Assembly (NCBI GenBank): GCA_964016885.1
Contig: OZ024743.1
Span: 90,086,001 to 90,150,000 of the forward strand
Source: Eledone cirrhosa
Taxonomy: Eukaryota
Direction of reading: 5' to 3'
DNA length: 64,000 bases
In this document: positions 24,668-36,800 of the stretch, piece by piece
How positions within the stretch are numbered: the stretch's first letter is position 1
Layout of the letters: the number at the start of each line of letters is the position of its first letter
The notes under the pieces: model-generated
Databases searched by the model: none
Told to the model about the DNA's origin: nothing
The model's input: only the letters and a program-made list of their open reading frames with translations
Position numbers and translations under genes: made by a program

Positions 24668-25275
24668 TCAGGTCACCAGTTGGTGCTAATGGTAACATGT
24701 ATCCCAGTACAACCTGTCCCATGGTCAGGTCGTTGGCGTCTAAACTGGCAACCCCACCAAGGTTTCCCGGTGAGGAGGGTGACTTTGGACATCTTGCAGG
24801 ACTAAAAACAAAACCTGTCAAAGGGCAAAGGAGCTCTTAAGAGTCAATGGCCATCCAAAATCACCGGGAGAGATGACCCCTTAGCCTTTGTCAAGGCAGA
24901 ATTCTAGGAGAAGGAAAACTCTGATATAACACCTGCAACCCTGATGGTATCCAATGATGTTGACTTGTTCTTCTTTTTGGTAAATATCATCTTGGTTAAG
25001 AGAGTGGGACTGGCTTTGTGCAGTGCCTTTGCTCACTATAAAAGCTTCACAGCACAGGCATTGCTTTATATCTGGAGATCTCTCTGCACTTGTCATCACA
25101 TGGTACCATGGGCCCAGCACTATGTGTCAATAATTGTCACAAGTGTAGTGTTTGTACCAGAGTTTTCAAGTCGCTGGCTGGACTAAAAAGTCACACTCGT
25201 TCAGCGCATCGGTAGGGGTTCTCCTACATGGATATAAAGTAGTGGCCGTACTCGAAAACGAGTTGGCAGCCATCA
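24668..25275 (+). mobile_element. Short RTE-related non-autonomous retroposon ending in a C2H2 zinc-finger remnant
   Basis: 25144-25215 reads [23 protein letters not shown]-stop, followed by an actcg-aaaa-cgagt hairpin and a (TATG)n-like tail. Bounded on both sides by TATG microsatellite. Confidence 0.55.
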
Positions 25276-25384
25276 TGTATATATATGTATGTATGTATCT
25301 ATGTATATATATGTATATATATATGTATGTATGTATGTGTGTGTTGTGTTTCTGTAAATGTATATATACATGTATGTATATATG

Positions 25385-25447
<63 letters not shown>

Positions 25448-25964
25448 GTATGTGTGTGTTGTGTTTCTGTATATGTATATATATATATGTATGTGTATGT
25501 ATGTGTATGCACATAAAATAGCTACCATACTTACATACCACTACTTCTGAGTAAAAACATACAACTTCTGTGTATTATTCACTGTAAAAACCTCCTCACA
25601 TACAAAACACACATTTATCACATGCCATAAAGATTATGTTGTTCTCTCTTCCCTAGATTCACACAGGGGCTTACGCTCATGCACACAAACACAGACACAT
25701 TCAGACACACACACACACATATGTACATTAATACTAAATATACACACATATACACACACACACACGTGCACACATTGATACCAAATTCAACTACAACCAT
25801 CATACATCACCTACATTTACACATATATGCCCACATTCACCACACTAACTACATACACAAAACACATACATATATATATTGCATACATTCATTTACACAT
25901 ATCTCATATACAGTAATACACACACACACACACACACACATATAGACATCCACTTTCACCCATC

Positions 25965-26790
25965 TCATACAGTCATACACACAATCATACACACAGTCAT
26001 ACACACATACAGCCATACACACATAGTCATACACACATACAGTTATACACACATACAGCCATACACACATAGTCATACACACATACAGCCATACGCACAT
26101 ACAGTCATACACACATAGTCATACGCACATACAGTCATACACACATACAGCCATACACACATACAGCCATACACACATACAGCCATACAGCCATACACAC
26201 ATACAGTCATACACACATACAGCCATACACACATACAGTCATACACACATACAGTCATACACACATACAGCTATACACACATACAGCCATACACACATAC
26301 AGTCATACACACATACAGCCATACACACATAGTCATACACACATACAGTCATACACACATACAGTCATACACACATACAGCCATACACACATACAGCCAT
26401 ACAGCCATACACACATACAGTCATACACACATACAGCCATACACACATAGTCATACACACATACAGTCATACACACATAGTCATACACACATACAGCCAC
26501 ACACACATACAGCCATACACACATAGTCATACATACTTACATACAGTCATACACACATACAGTCATACACACATACAGCCATACACACACACAGTCATAC
26601 ACACATACAGCCATACACACATACAGTCATACACACATACAGCCATACACACATACAGCCATACACACATACAGCCATACACACATACAGCCATACAGCC
26701 ATACACACATACAGCCATACACACATACAGTCATACACACATACAGTCATACACACATAGTCATACACACATACAGTCATACACACATAC
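25965..26790. repeat. 16-bp minisatellite cag(t/c)catacacacata
   Basis: Directly visible, with shorter deletion variants. Confidence 0.93.
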
Positions 26791-26887
26791 ATCACAGAAC
26801 AACTAGACACATTATACACCACACCATACACACCACACACACACACATGCACATTACATCTACACACCATACACTTACGCATATATA

Positions 26888-27272
26888 TCATCATCATCAA
26901 CATCATCATTTAACATCCATTATTCGTGCTAGGATGCGTTAGACAGGTTGTCTCGTATGAGGCAAGTCAGCTCAGGTGACTCCTGGTTTGATTTCTATGG
27001 CTGGATACCCTTCCTAATGTCAACCACATATACAGTGTGTACTGGGTGTTTTTTTGTTGTGACACATACACAACCACTTTAGGTGCTTTTTGTCATGACA
27101 CCTACAAGACTACTTTACAGTGAGGACTGAGTGTCTTTTATTGTGGCAACATAATGACCACTTTACAGTGTGGGCTGGCTGATTTTGTCATGATATCAAC
27201 ACGACCACTTTATTGTGTAGACTAGGTGCTTTTTGTTGTGGCACCAAAACGACCACTTTGCAGTGTGTACTG
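26888..27272 (-). mobile_element. Family-C retroposon 3' end, reversed, with internal ~48-bp tandem units
   Basis: catcatcatttaacatcc...ggctggatacccttcctaatg, then repeated accactttacagtg.g.actg.gtgctttttgt units. Confidence 0.55.
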
Positions 27273-27552
27273 GGGACCAGGACAGGGGTTGTAAAGGTGT
27301 AGGTGAAGCGTTAACCTAATATATTCATTCCATATACTATACCGATTGTGTTGTTATTTCTGTTTACGTTTTACATACATATATATATATATATATATAT
27401 TTTTAGTATATGCTGGTTGTTTACCGACACCTCAGTATGCAGATTGGAACATTCGACGAAGTACGCAGGTTGGTTTGTTTACTCCGGAGTAATGTAAAAT
27501 AAATAAGTCAAATATGTAAAATTTTGCTTCGTTTATTATAAATTATAAATTT

Positions 27553-27607
27553 ACTGCTATATATATTTTGGTGACAGCCATCATTGGTTGTGACCTCTTC
27601 AGGCAGT
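27553..27607 (-). ncRNA. Mirror copy of the minimal hammerhead-like motif
   Basis: Reverse complement reads actgc-CTGAAGA-ggtcacaacc-aatgat-ggctgtcacc-AAAA-tatatata-gcagt. Confidence 0.6.
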
Positions 27608-27844
27608 CCGAATTGGTGTGGAAAAGACAAGTACACATGTTGTTGAAGTGTATTTTACTCTGTCAATACATCGATATGTCCAGCTCTTGGTTGTGTTGTT
27701 ATTCCTCTGAGGAACTGGAATCATATGGTTCCAGTTCCTCGGAGGAATAACAAAAGAACCAGGAGCTGGACATATCGAAGTATTATTGACAGAGTAAAAC
27801 ACACTTCAACAACATGTGTACTTGTCTTTTCCACAGCAATTCGG

Positions 27845-27899
27845 ACTGCCTGAAGAGGTCACAGCCAATGATGGCTGTCACCAAAATATATATAGCAGT
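27845..27899 (+). ncRNA. Minimal type I hammerhead-ribozyme-like motif (Penelope type) with a G12A core change
   Basis: Stem I actgc/gcagt; core CTGAAGA; stem II ggtcacagcc-aatgat-ggctgtcacc; AAAA in place of GAAA; 1-bp stem III with palindromic atat loop; AUA cleavage triplet. Confidence 0.65.
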
Positions 27900-28026
27900 A
27901 TATCTATAATTTATAATAAATGAAGCCAAATTTTATATATTTGACTTATTTATTTTATATATATATATATACACACACACAACACCCATATATAGGTGTG
28001 TGTATATATATATATGTATATATATA

Positions 28027-28249
28027 GGAAAAAGTATGACCCCGACGGCAGAGCTCAAGCCATTTCGACGGCTATTTCTGTGTTTACAACAAATTTTGAC
28101 CGATCCTCTTGACAACTACAATCTTCCCATATAAGGAAGTACCTCTTGACAAGTTCAGCTATTTATTCACCAGGCTAAAAATTTTAATTTAGTCCAGAAA
28201 TAGCCGTCGAAGCGGCTTGAGCTCTGCCGTCGGGGGTCATACTTTTTCC
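28027..28249. mobile_element. Fold-back element with ~55-bp inverted arms inserted in (TA)n
   Basis: ggaaaaagtatgaccccgacggcagagctcaagcc.tttcgacggctatttctg ... its reverse complement at 28195-28249, with a ~115-bp spacer. Confidence 0.8.
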
Positions 28250-28284
28250 TATATATATATATCTGACTAATATATATATATATA

Positions 28285-28464
28285 GGAAAATGTTCAAGAC
28301 CCCGACGGCGGAGCTCAAGCCGTTTCGACGGCTATTTCTGGACTCCAGAAATAGCCGTCGAAACGGCTTGAGCTCTGCTATCGGGGTCTTACTTTTTCCT
28401 ATTACCCACTATTGAGTACTCTGGTGCGTTATGGTCCACCTGGTTCCTTACCACAATTCTTTCG

Positions 28465-28466
<2 letters not shown>
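28285..28466. mobile_element. Second copy: near-spacerless hairpin plus conserved tail, in (TA)n
   Basis: Same arms joined through gactc, followed by tattacccact..gagtact.tggtgcgttatggtccacctggttccttaccaca, shared with 15504-15585. Confidence 0.75.
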
Positions 28467-28542
<76 letters not shown>

Positions 28543-28548
28543 CACATG

Positions 28549-28627
<79 letters not shown>

Positions 28628-28834
28628 ACAACACAAATACACACTTGATAAGTTACATCAAGTAATTATTGAGTAAGGTTGTTTACATAAATATAAATTA
28701 TGAGATAGTCTGTTGAAGTGAGCTTCATGTGTTGTTTTACATTTTGACTGGTTATTAACAACACTGTTGAATATGGAGCTACATTTCACCATCATCCTCA
28801 TCATCATCATCATTTAATTGTTGCTACTTTAGGA

Positions 28835-28998
28835 ACAAGGCCAGCAATTACCCAGTGCATTACTGGTACTTTATTTTATCGACCCCGTAAGGATGAAAGG
28901 CAAAGTCAACCTCGGCGGGATTTGAACTCAGATCGTAAAGGGACATAACTATGCTGGAAAGCATGGCGTCCGACCCTCTACCGATACTGCCAATCCAC
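28835..28998 (-). mobile_element. Family-B SINE, reversed
   Basis: Reverse complement of 6478-6662. Confidence 0.75.
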
Positions 28999-29422
28999 CG
29001 CCCTCATCATTTAATGTCTGCTTTCCATGCTGACATGAGTTGGACAAGAGTGATGATGATGATGATGATGATGATGGGAATAATGATGATAATAATGAGG
29101 AGGAGAAGAAGGAGAAGGATGACAATGATGATGATTATGATGACGGTGATGACAATGATGATGGTGATGATGCTGGTGATAGTAATGATGAACATAGTAC
29201 TATCAGTCATGTCTAAATTGGGTTTTGTAGACCTTCCTTCAACAACAAACATATTCTCTAACCACCCTCTCTCATACAGTCTACCACTCCCTCCACCCCT
29301 TCCCTTACTTCCATTTTTTTTATTTAACACATTATATAATATAATTGAAATTTCTGGGTCCAATTTGAAAATAATCAAGAATTTGGAGAGGTTTAGTCAT
29401 GTAACTAACCCTTTCATTATTA

Positions 29423-29632
29423 ATTGGCAGTATTGGTAGAGCATTGGACACCATGCTTTGCAGCATAGAGTTAAGGCCCTTTAAGTATGAATTCAAATCC
29501 TGCGAAGGTTAGCTTTACCTTTCATCTTTATGAGGTCGATAAAATAAAGCACCAGTAATGCACTGGGGTCGATTTAAGCGGCTGTCTCCTTCCCTTCAAA
29601 TTGCTGGTCTTGTGTCAAAAGTAGAAATAATT
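29423..29632 (+). mobile_element. Family-B SINE
   Basis: Homologous to 18166-18378. Confidence 0.7.
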
Positions 29633-29664
29633 ATTAAGCTGATATTTGGAGCATAACTTGTAAA

Positions 29665-29915
29665 TATAATAAATAATGATGAAAATTATTGTGTACAGTG
29701 CTCAGGTGTACTACAATTCATGAAAGGTGCATGTATAGTACATAAAATAATGTACAAATATCAAGAAAGTGAACACTGTATGAGTCATGATATACGCATA
29801 GATGCGCATACACACAAATATATGTGTGTGTGTGTGGATGGAGAATATCAGGTGTAATGTTGGCGAATTTCAGGAAGCATGGAAGTAATAAAGGATACAG
29901 TGTACTGACAACAAC
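29665..29915 (-). mobile_element. CR1/L2-like LINE 3' UTR fragment
   Basis: Homologous to 18460-18710. Confidence 0.7.
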
Positions 29916-30339
29916 AATGGTATAGATACAGTTTGTACTACCTAGGTAGTCCTTCAGTTCTCTCATTGCTTAATCCCAACTGAAAGACACATCAAGTGCA
30001 AACCTCCCAAAAAGTAACGCCCTGCTGTATCACACCTGTCCTATCTCCTTAGCATTACTCTATATTTACTATTATATTTTTATGGTAAAGTCTTTATCTC
30101 ACATAATATCGAATCTATGAGATTTTGATATTATTTATTTTGAGAACAATACTTATGAGTGGCTGGTTACAACTGGTTTGAACTGAAGGAAATGAGAGAA
30201 TTCTGGCCAGAAACGGCTGTTTAAATGCTAAAGGGTTATAGTTACTCTTCTGATTGTAGCTGAGTTTGATCCCATATAATTATGACATCAGCATTTCATC
30301 ACAGCCCCCTGTCTGTGTTAGACTTTCATTGGTTACACA

Positions 30340-30850
30340 CATAAGTGCTCCAATTGATTCACTCAATGGAACAGCCTGTTAATGAAATTAACATACAAAT
30401 GGCTGAACATTCCACAGACATATGTACCCTTAACCCTTTCTGTACTAGCTCTGGTTTTATGAAATATAACCAAACATTTAAATTAAAATCTTCCAATATA
30501 ATTTTATATAAGAACCTTACATTAAGTTACTATCTTAGTAATGAAATAATAGTTTTAGTAAAACCCTCGCAATTCTTCATTAATTAATTAAAATAGAATT
30601 TATTTCATTAGAAATGTGGTCATGAAAAGGTTATAATACTTTTCAGGGAGATTCAGCATGATGCAATATGTGATAAAGCTGACCCTTTGAATCACTGATA
30701 ACTCATTTTATGCCAGTTGAACTGGAGCAATGTGAAATAAAGTGTCTTGCTCAAGGAAACAACACATCACCAGGAAACAAACTCACAACATTATGATCAT
30801 GAAACAAACTCATGACCTTACAATTGCCAGCCAAACACTCTAACCACTCC
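30340..30850 (-). mobile_element. Long SINE with a family-A tRNA head, interrupted by a MITE; its head seeds the 55-bp satellite
   Basis: 30721-30771 actggagcaatgtgaaataaagtgtcttgctcaaggaaacaacacatcacc is the reverse complement of 473-523. The left boundary of the body is approximate. Confidence 0.7.
30430..30636. mobile_element. piggyBac-like MITE nested in the SINE
   Basis: ttaaccctttc ... gaaaaggttata. Interior is homologous to 17555-17715. Confidence 0.6.
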
Positions 30851-33800
30851 ACCCTTCACACCACTTATAACCTTACAATTGCAGGCTAAACACTCTAACC
30901 ACTCCACCCTTCACACCACTTATGACCTTACAATTGCCAGCCAAACACTCTAACCACTCCACCCTTCACACCACTTATGACCTTACAATTACCAGCCAAA
31001 CAATCTAACCACTCTACCCTTCACACCACTTATGACCTTAAAATTGCCAGCCAAACACTCTAACCACTCTACCCTTCACACCACTTATGACCTTACAATT
31101 GCCAGCCAAACAATCTAACCACTCTACCCTTCACACCACTTATAACCTTACAATTGCAGGCTAAACACTCTAACCACTCCACCCTTCACACCACTTATGA
31201 CCTTACAATTGCCAGCCAAACACTCTAACCACTCCACCCTTCACACCACTTATGACCTTACAATTGCCAGCCAAACACTCTAACCACTCTACCCTTCACA
31301 CCACTTATGACCTTACAATTGCCAGCCAAACAATCTAACCACTCTACCCTTCACACCACTTATGACCTTACAATTGCCAGCCAAACACTCTAACCACTCT
31401 ACCCTTCACACCACTTATGACCTTACAATTACCAGCCAAACAATCTAACCACTCTACCCTTCACACCACTTATGACCTTACAATTGCCAGCCAAACACTC
31501 TAACCACTCCACCCTTCACAGCACTCATGACCTTACAATTGCCAGCCAACCAATCTAACCACTCTACCCTTCACACCACTTATGACCTTACAATTGCCAG
31601 CTAAACACTCTAACCACTCCACCCTTCACACCACTCATGACCTTACAATTGCCAGCCAAACAATCTAACCACTCTACCCTTCACACCACTCATGACCTTA
31701 CAATTGCCAGCTAAACACTCTAACCACTCCACCCTTCACACCACTCATGACCTTACAATTGCCAGCTAAACACTCTAACCACTCCACCCTTCACACCACT
31801 TATGACCTTACAATTGCAGGCTAAACACTCTAACCACTCCACCCTTCACACCACTCATGACCTTACAATTGCCAGCCAAACACTCTAACCACTCCACCCT
31901 TCACACCACTCATGACCTTACAATTGCCAGCTAAACACTCTAACCACTCCACCCTTCACACCACTCATGACCTTACAATTGCCAGCCAAACACTCTAACC
32001 ACTCCACCCTTCACACCACTTATGACCTTACAATTGCCAGCTAAACACTCTAACCACTCCACCCTTCACACCACTTATGAGCTTACAATTGCAGGCTAAA
32101 CACTCTAACCACTCCACCCTTCACACCACTCATGACCTTACAATTGCCAGCCAAACACTCTAACCACTCCACCCTTCACACCACTCATGACCTTACAATT
32201 GCCAGCTAAACACTCTAACCACTCCACCCTTCACACCACTTATGACCTTACAATTGCCAGCCAAACACTCTAACCACTCCACCCTTCACACCACTCATGA
32301 CCTTACAATTGCCAGCTAAACACTCTAACCACTCCACCCTTCACACCACTCATGACCTTACAATTGCCAGCTAAACACTCTAACCACTCCACCCTTCACA
32401 CCACTCATGACCTTACAATTGCAGGCTAAACACTCTAACCACTCCACCCTTCACACCACTTATGACCTTACAATTGCAGGCTAAACACTCTAACCACTCC
32501 ACCCTTCTAACCACTCATGACCTTACAATTGCCAGCCAAACACTCTAACCACTCCACCCTTCACACCACTCATGACCTTACAATTGCCAGCTAAACACTC
32601 TAATCCCTCGACCCTTCACACCACTTATGACCTTACAATTGCCAGCTAAACACTCTAACCACTCCACCCTTCACACCACTCATGATCTTACAATTGCCAG
32701 CTAAACACTCTAACCACTCCACCCATCACACCACTTATGACCTTACAATTGCCAGCTAAAAACTCTAACCACTCCACCCTTCACACAACTTATGACCTTA
32801 CAATTGCCAGCCAAACACTCTAACCACTCCACCCTTCACACCACTTATGACCTTACAATTGCCAGCCAAACACTCTAACCACTCCACCCTTCACATCACT
32901 TATGACCTTACAATTGCCAGCCAAACACTCTAACCACTCCACCCTTCACGACACTCATGACCTTACAATTGCCAGCTAAACACTCTAACCACTCCACCCT
33001 TCACACCACTTATGACCTTACAATTGCCAGCTAAACACTCTAACCACTCCACCCATCACACCACACATGATCTTACAATTGCCAGCCAAACACTCTAACC
33101 CCTCCACCCTTCACACCACTTATGACCTTACAATTGCCAGCTCAACACTCTAACCACTCCACCCTTCACACCAATCATGACCTTACAATTGCCAGCTAAA
33201 CACTCTAACCACTCTACCCTTCACACCACTCATGACCTTACAATTGCCAGCTAAACACTCTAACCACTCCACCCTTCACACCACTTATGACCTTACAATT
33301 GCCAGCTAAACACTCTAACCACTCTACCCTTCACACCACACATGACCTTACAATTGCCAGCCAAACACTCTAACCACTCCACGCTTCACACCACTCATGA
33401 CCTTACAATTGCCAGCTCAACACTCTAACCACTCCACCCTTCACACCACTCATGACCTTACAATTGCCAGCCAAACACTCTAACCCCTCCACCCTTCACA
33501 CCACTCATGACCTTACAATTGCCAGCCAAACACTCTAACCACTCCACCCTTCACACAACTTATGACCTTACAATTGCCAGCCAAACACTCTAACCACTCC
33601 ACCCTTCACACCACTTATGACCTTACAATTGCCAGCCAAACACTCTAACCACTCCACCCTTCACACCACTCATGACCTTACAATTGCCAGCTAAACACTC
33701 TAACCCCTCGACCCTTCACACCACTTATGACCTTACAATTGCCAGCCAAACACTCTAACCCCTCCACCCTTCACACCACTTATGACCTTACAATTGCCAG

Positions 33801-36800
33801 CCAAACACTCTAACCCCTCCACCCTTCACACCACTTATGACCTTACAATTGCCAGCCAAACACTCTAACCACTCCACCCTTCACACAACTTATGACCTTA
33901 CAATTGCCAGCCATACGCTCTAACCACTCCACCCTTCACACCACTCATGACCTTACAATTGCCAGCTAAACACTCTAACCACTCCACCTTTCACACCACT
34001 CATGACCTTACAATTGCCAGCCAAACAATCTAACCACTCTACCCTTCACACCACTTATGACATTACAATTGCCAGCCAAACACTCTAACCCCTCCACCCT
34101 TCACACCACTCATGACCTTACAATTGCCAGCTAAACACTCTAACCACTCCACCCTTCCCACCACGTATGACCTTACAATTGCCAGCCAAACACTCTAACC
34201 CCTCCACCCTTCACACCACTTATGACCTTACAATTGCCAGCTAAACACACTAACCACTCCACCCTTCACACCACTTATGACCTTACAATTGCCAGCTAAA
34301 CACTCTAACCACTCCACCCTTCACACCACTTATGACCTTACAATTGCCAGCTAAACACTCTAACCACTCCACCCTTCACACCACTCATGACCTTACAATT
34401 GCCAGCTAAACACTCTAACCACTCCACCCTTCACACCACTTATGACCTTACAATTGCCAGCTAAACACTCTAACCACTCCACCCTTCACACCACTCATAA
34501 CCTTACAATTGCCAGCTAAACACTCTAACCACTCCACCCTTCACACCACTTATGACCTTACAATTGCCAGCTAAACACTCTAACCACTCCACCCTTCACA
34601 CCACTCATGACCTTACAATTGCCAGCCAAACACTCTAACCACTCCACCCTTCACACCACTCATGACCTTACAATTGCCAGCTAAACACTCTAACCCCTCC
34701 ACCCTTCACACCACTTATGACCTTACAATTGTCAGCCAAACACTCTAACCACTCCACCCTTCACACCACTCATGACCTTACAATTGCCAGCTAAACACTC
34801 TAACCCCTCCACCCTTCACACCACTTATGACCTTACAATTGCCAGCCAAACACTCTAACCACTCCACCCTTCACACCACTCATGACCTTACAATTGCCAG
34901 CCAAACACTCTAACCACTCCACCCTTCACACCACTTATGACCTTACAATTGCCAGCCAAACACTCTAACCACTCCACCCTTCACACCACTTATGACCTTA
35001 CAATTGCAGGCTAAACACTCTAACCACTCCACCCTTCACACCACTCATGACCTTACAATTGCCAGCTAAACACTCTAACCACTCCACCCTTCACACCACT
35101 CATGACCTTACAATTGCCAGCTAAACACTCTAACCACTCCACCCTTCACACCACTTATGACCTTACAATTGCCAGCTAAACACTCTAACCACTCCACCCT
35201 TCACACCACTTATGACCTTACAATTGCCAGCCAAACACTCTAACCACTCCACCCTTCACACCACTTATGACCTTACAATTGCAGGCTAAACACTCTAACC
35301 ACTCCACCCTTCACACCACTCATGACCTTACAATTGCCAGCCAAACACTCTAACCACTCCACCCTTCACACCACTCATGACCTTACAATTGCCAGCTAAA
35401 CACTCTAACCACTCCACCCTTCACACCACTCATGACCTTACAATTGCCAGCCAAACACTCTAACCACTCCACCCTTCACACCACTCATGACCTTACAATT
35501 GCCAGCTAAACACTCTAACCACTCCACCCTTCACACCACTTATGACCTTACAATTGCCAGCTAAACACTCTAACCACTCCACCCTTCACACCACTTATGA
35601 CCTTACAATTGCAGGCTAAACACTCTAACCACTCCACCCTTCACACCACTCATGACCTTACAATTGCCAGCTAAACACTCTAACCACTCCACCCTTCACA
35701 CCACTTATGACCTTACAATTGCCAGCCAAGCACTCTAACCACTCCACCCTTCACACCACTTATGACCTTACAATTGCAGGCTAAACACTCTAACCACTCC
35801 ACCCTTCACACCACTCATGACCTTACAATTGCCAGCTAAACACTCTAACCACTCCACCCTTCACACCACTTATGACCTTACAATTGCCAGCTAAACACTC
35901 TAACCACTCCACCCTTCACACCACTAATGACCTTACAATTGCAGGCTAAACACTCTAACCACTCCACCCTTGTAACCACTCATGACCTTACAATTGCCAG
36001 CCAAACACTCTAACCACTCCACCCTTCACACCACTCATGACCTTACAATTGCCAGCTAAACACTCTAACCCCTCGACCCTTCACACCACTTATGACCTTA
36101 CAATTGCCAGCCAAACACTCTAACCACTCCACCCTTCACACCACTCATGACCTTACAATTGCCAGCTAAACACTCTAACCACCCCACCCTTCACACCACT
36201 TATGACCTTACAATTGACAGCCAAACACTCTAACCACTCCACCCTTCACACCACTTATGACCTTACAATTGCCACCTAAACACTCTAACCACTCCACCCT
36301 TCACACCACTTATGACCTTACAATTGCCAGCTAAACACTCTAACCACTCCACCCTTCACACCACTCATGACCTTACAATTGCCAGCAAAACACTCTAACC
36401 ACTCCACCCTTCACACCACTTATGACCTTACAATTGCCAGCTAAACACTCTAACCACTCCACCCTTCACACCACTTATGACCTTACAATTGCCACCTAAA
36501 CACTCTAACCACTCCACCCTTCACACCACTCATGACCTTACAATTGCCAGCTAAACACTCTAACCACTCCACCCTTCACACCACTCATGACCTTACAATT
36601 GCCAGCTAAACACTCTAACCACTCCACCCTTCACACCACTTATGACCTTACAATTGCCAGCTAAACACTCTAACCACTCCACCCTTCACACCACTTATGA
36701 CCTTACAATTGCCAGCCAAGCACTCTAACCACTCCACCCTTCACACCACTCATGACCTTACAATTGCCAGCTAAACACTCTAACCACTCCACCCTTCACA

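Larger units (their letters stand above)
27492..27960. repeat. ~470-bp spacerless palindrome (fold-back)
   Basis: Arms of ~232 bp match as reverse complements with scattered mismatches, centred on catatg at 27722-27727. Confidence 0.95.

Noticed and set aside
20214-26909. Numerous YI/HT/CV/MY-rich ORFs
   Set aside because: Translations of (TA)n, (CA)n and (TATG)n microsatellites.
28951-29439. Met-rich 162-aa ORF
   Set aside because: It spans a SINE end and a (GAT)n tract, with no splice or homology support.
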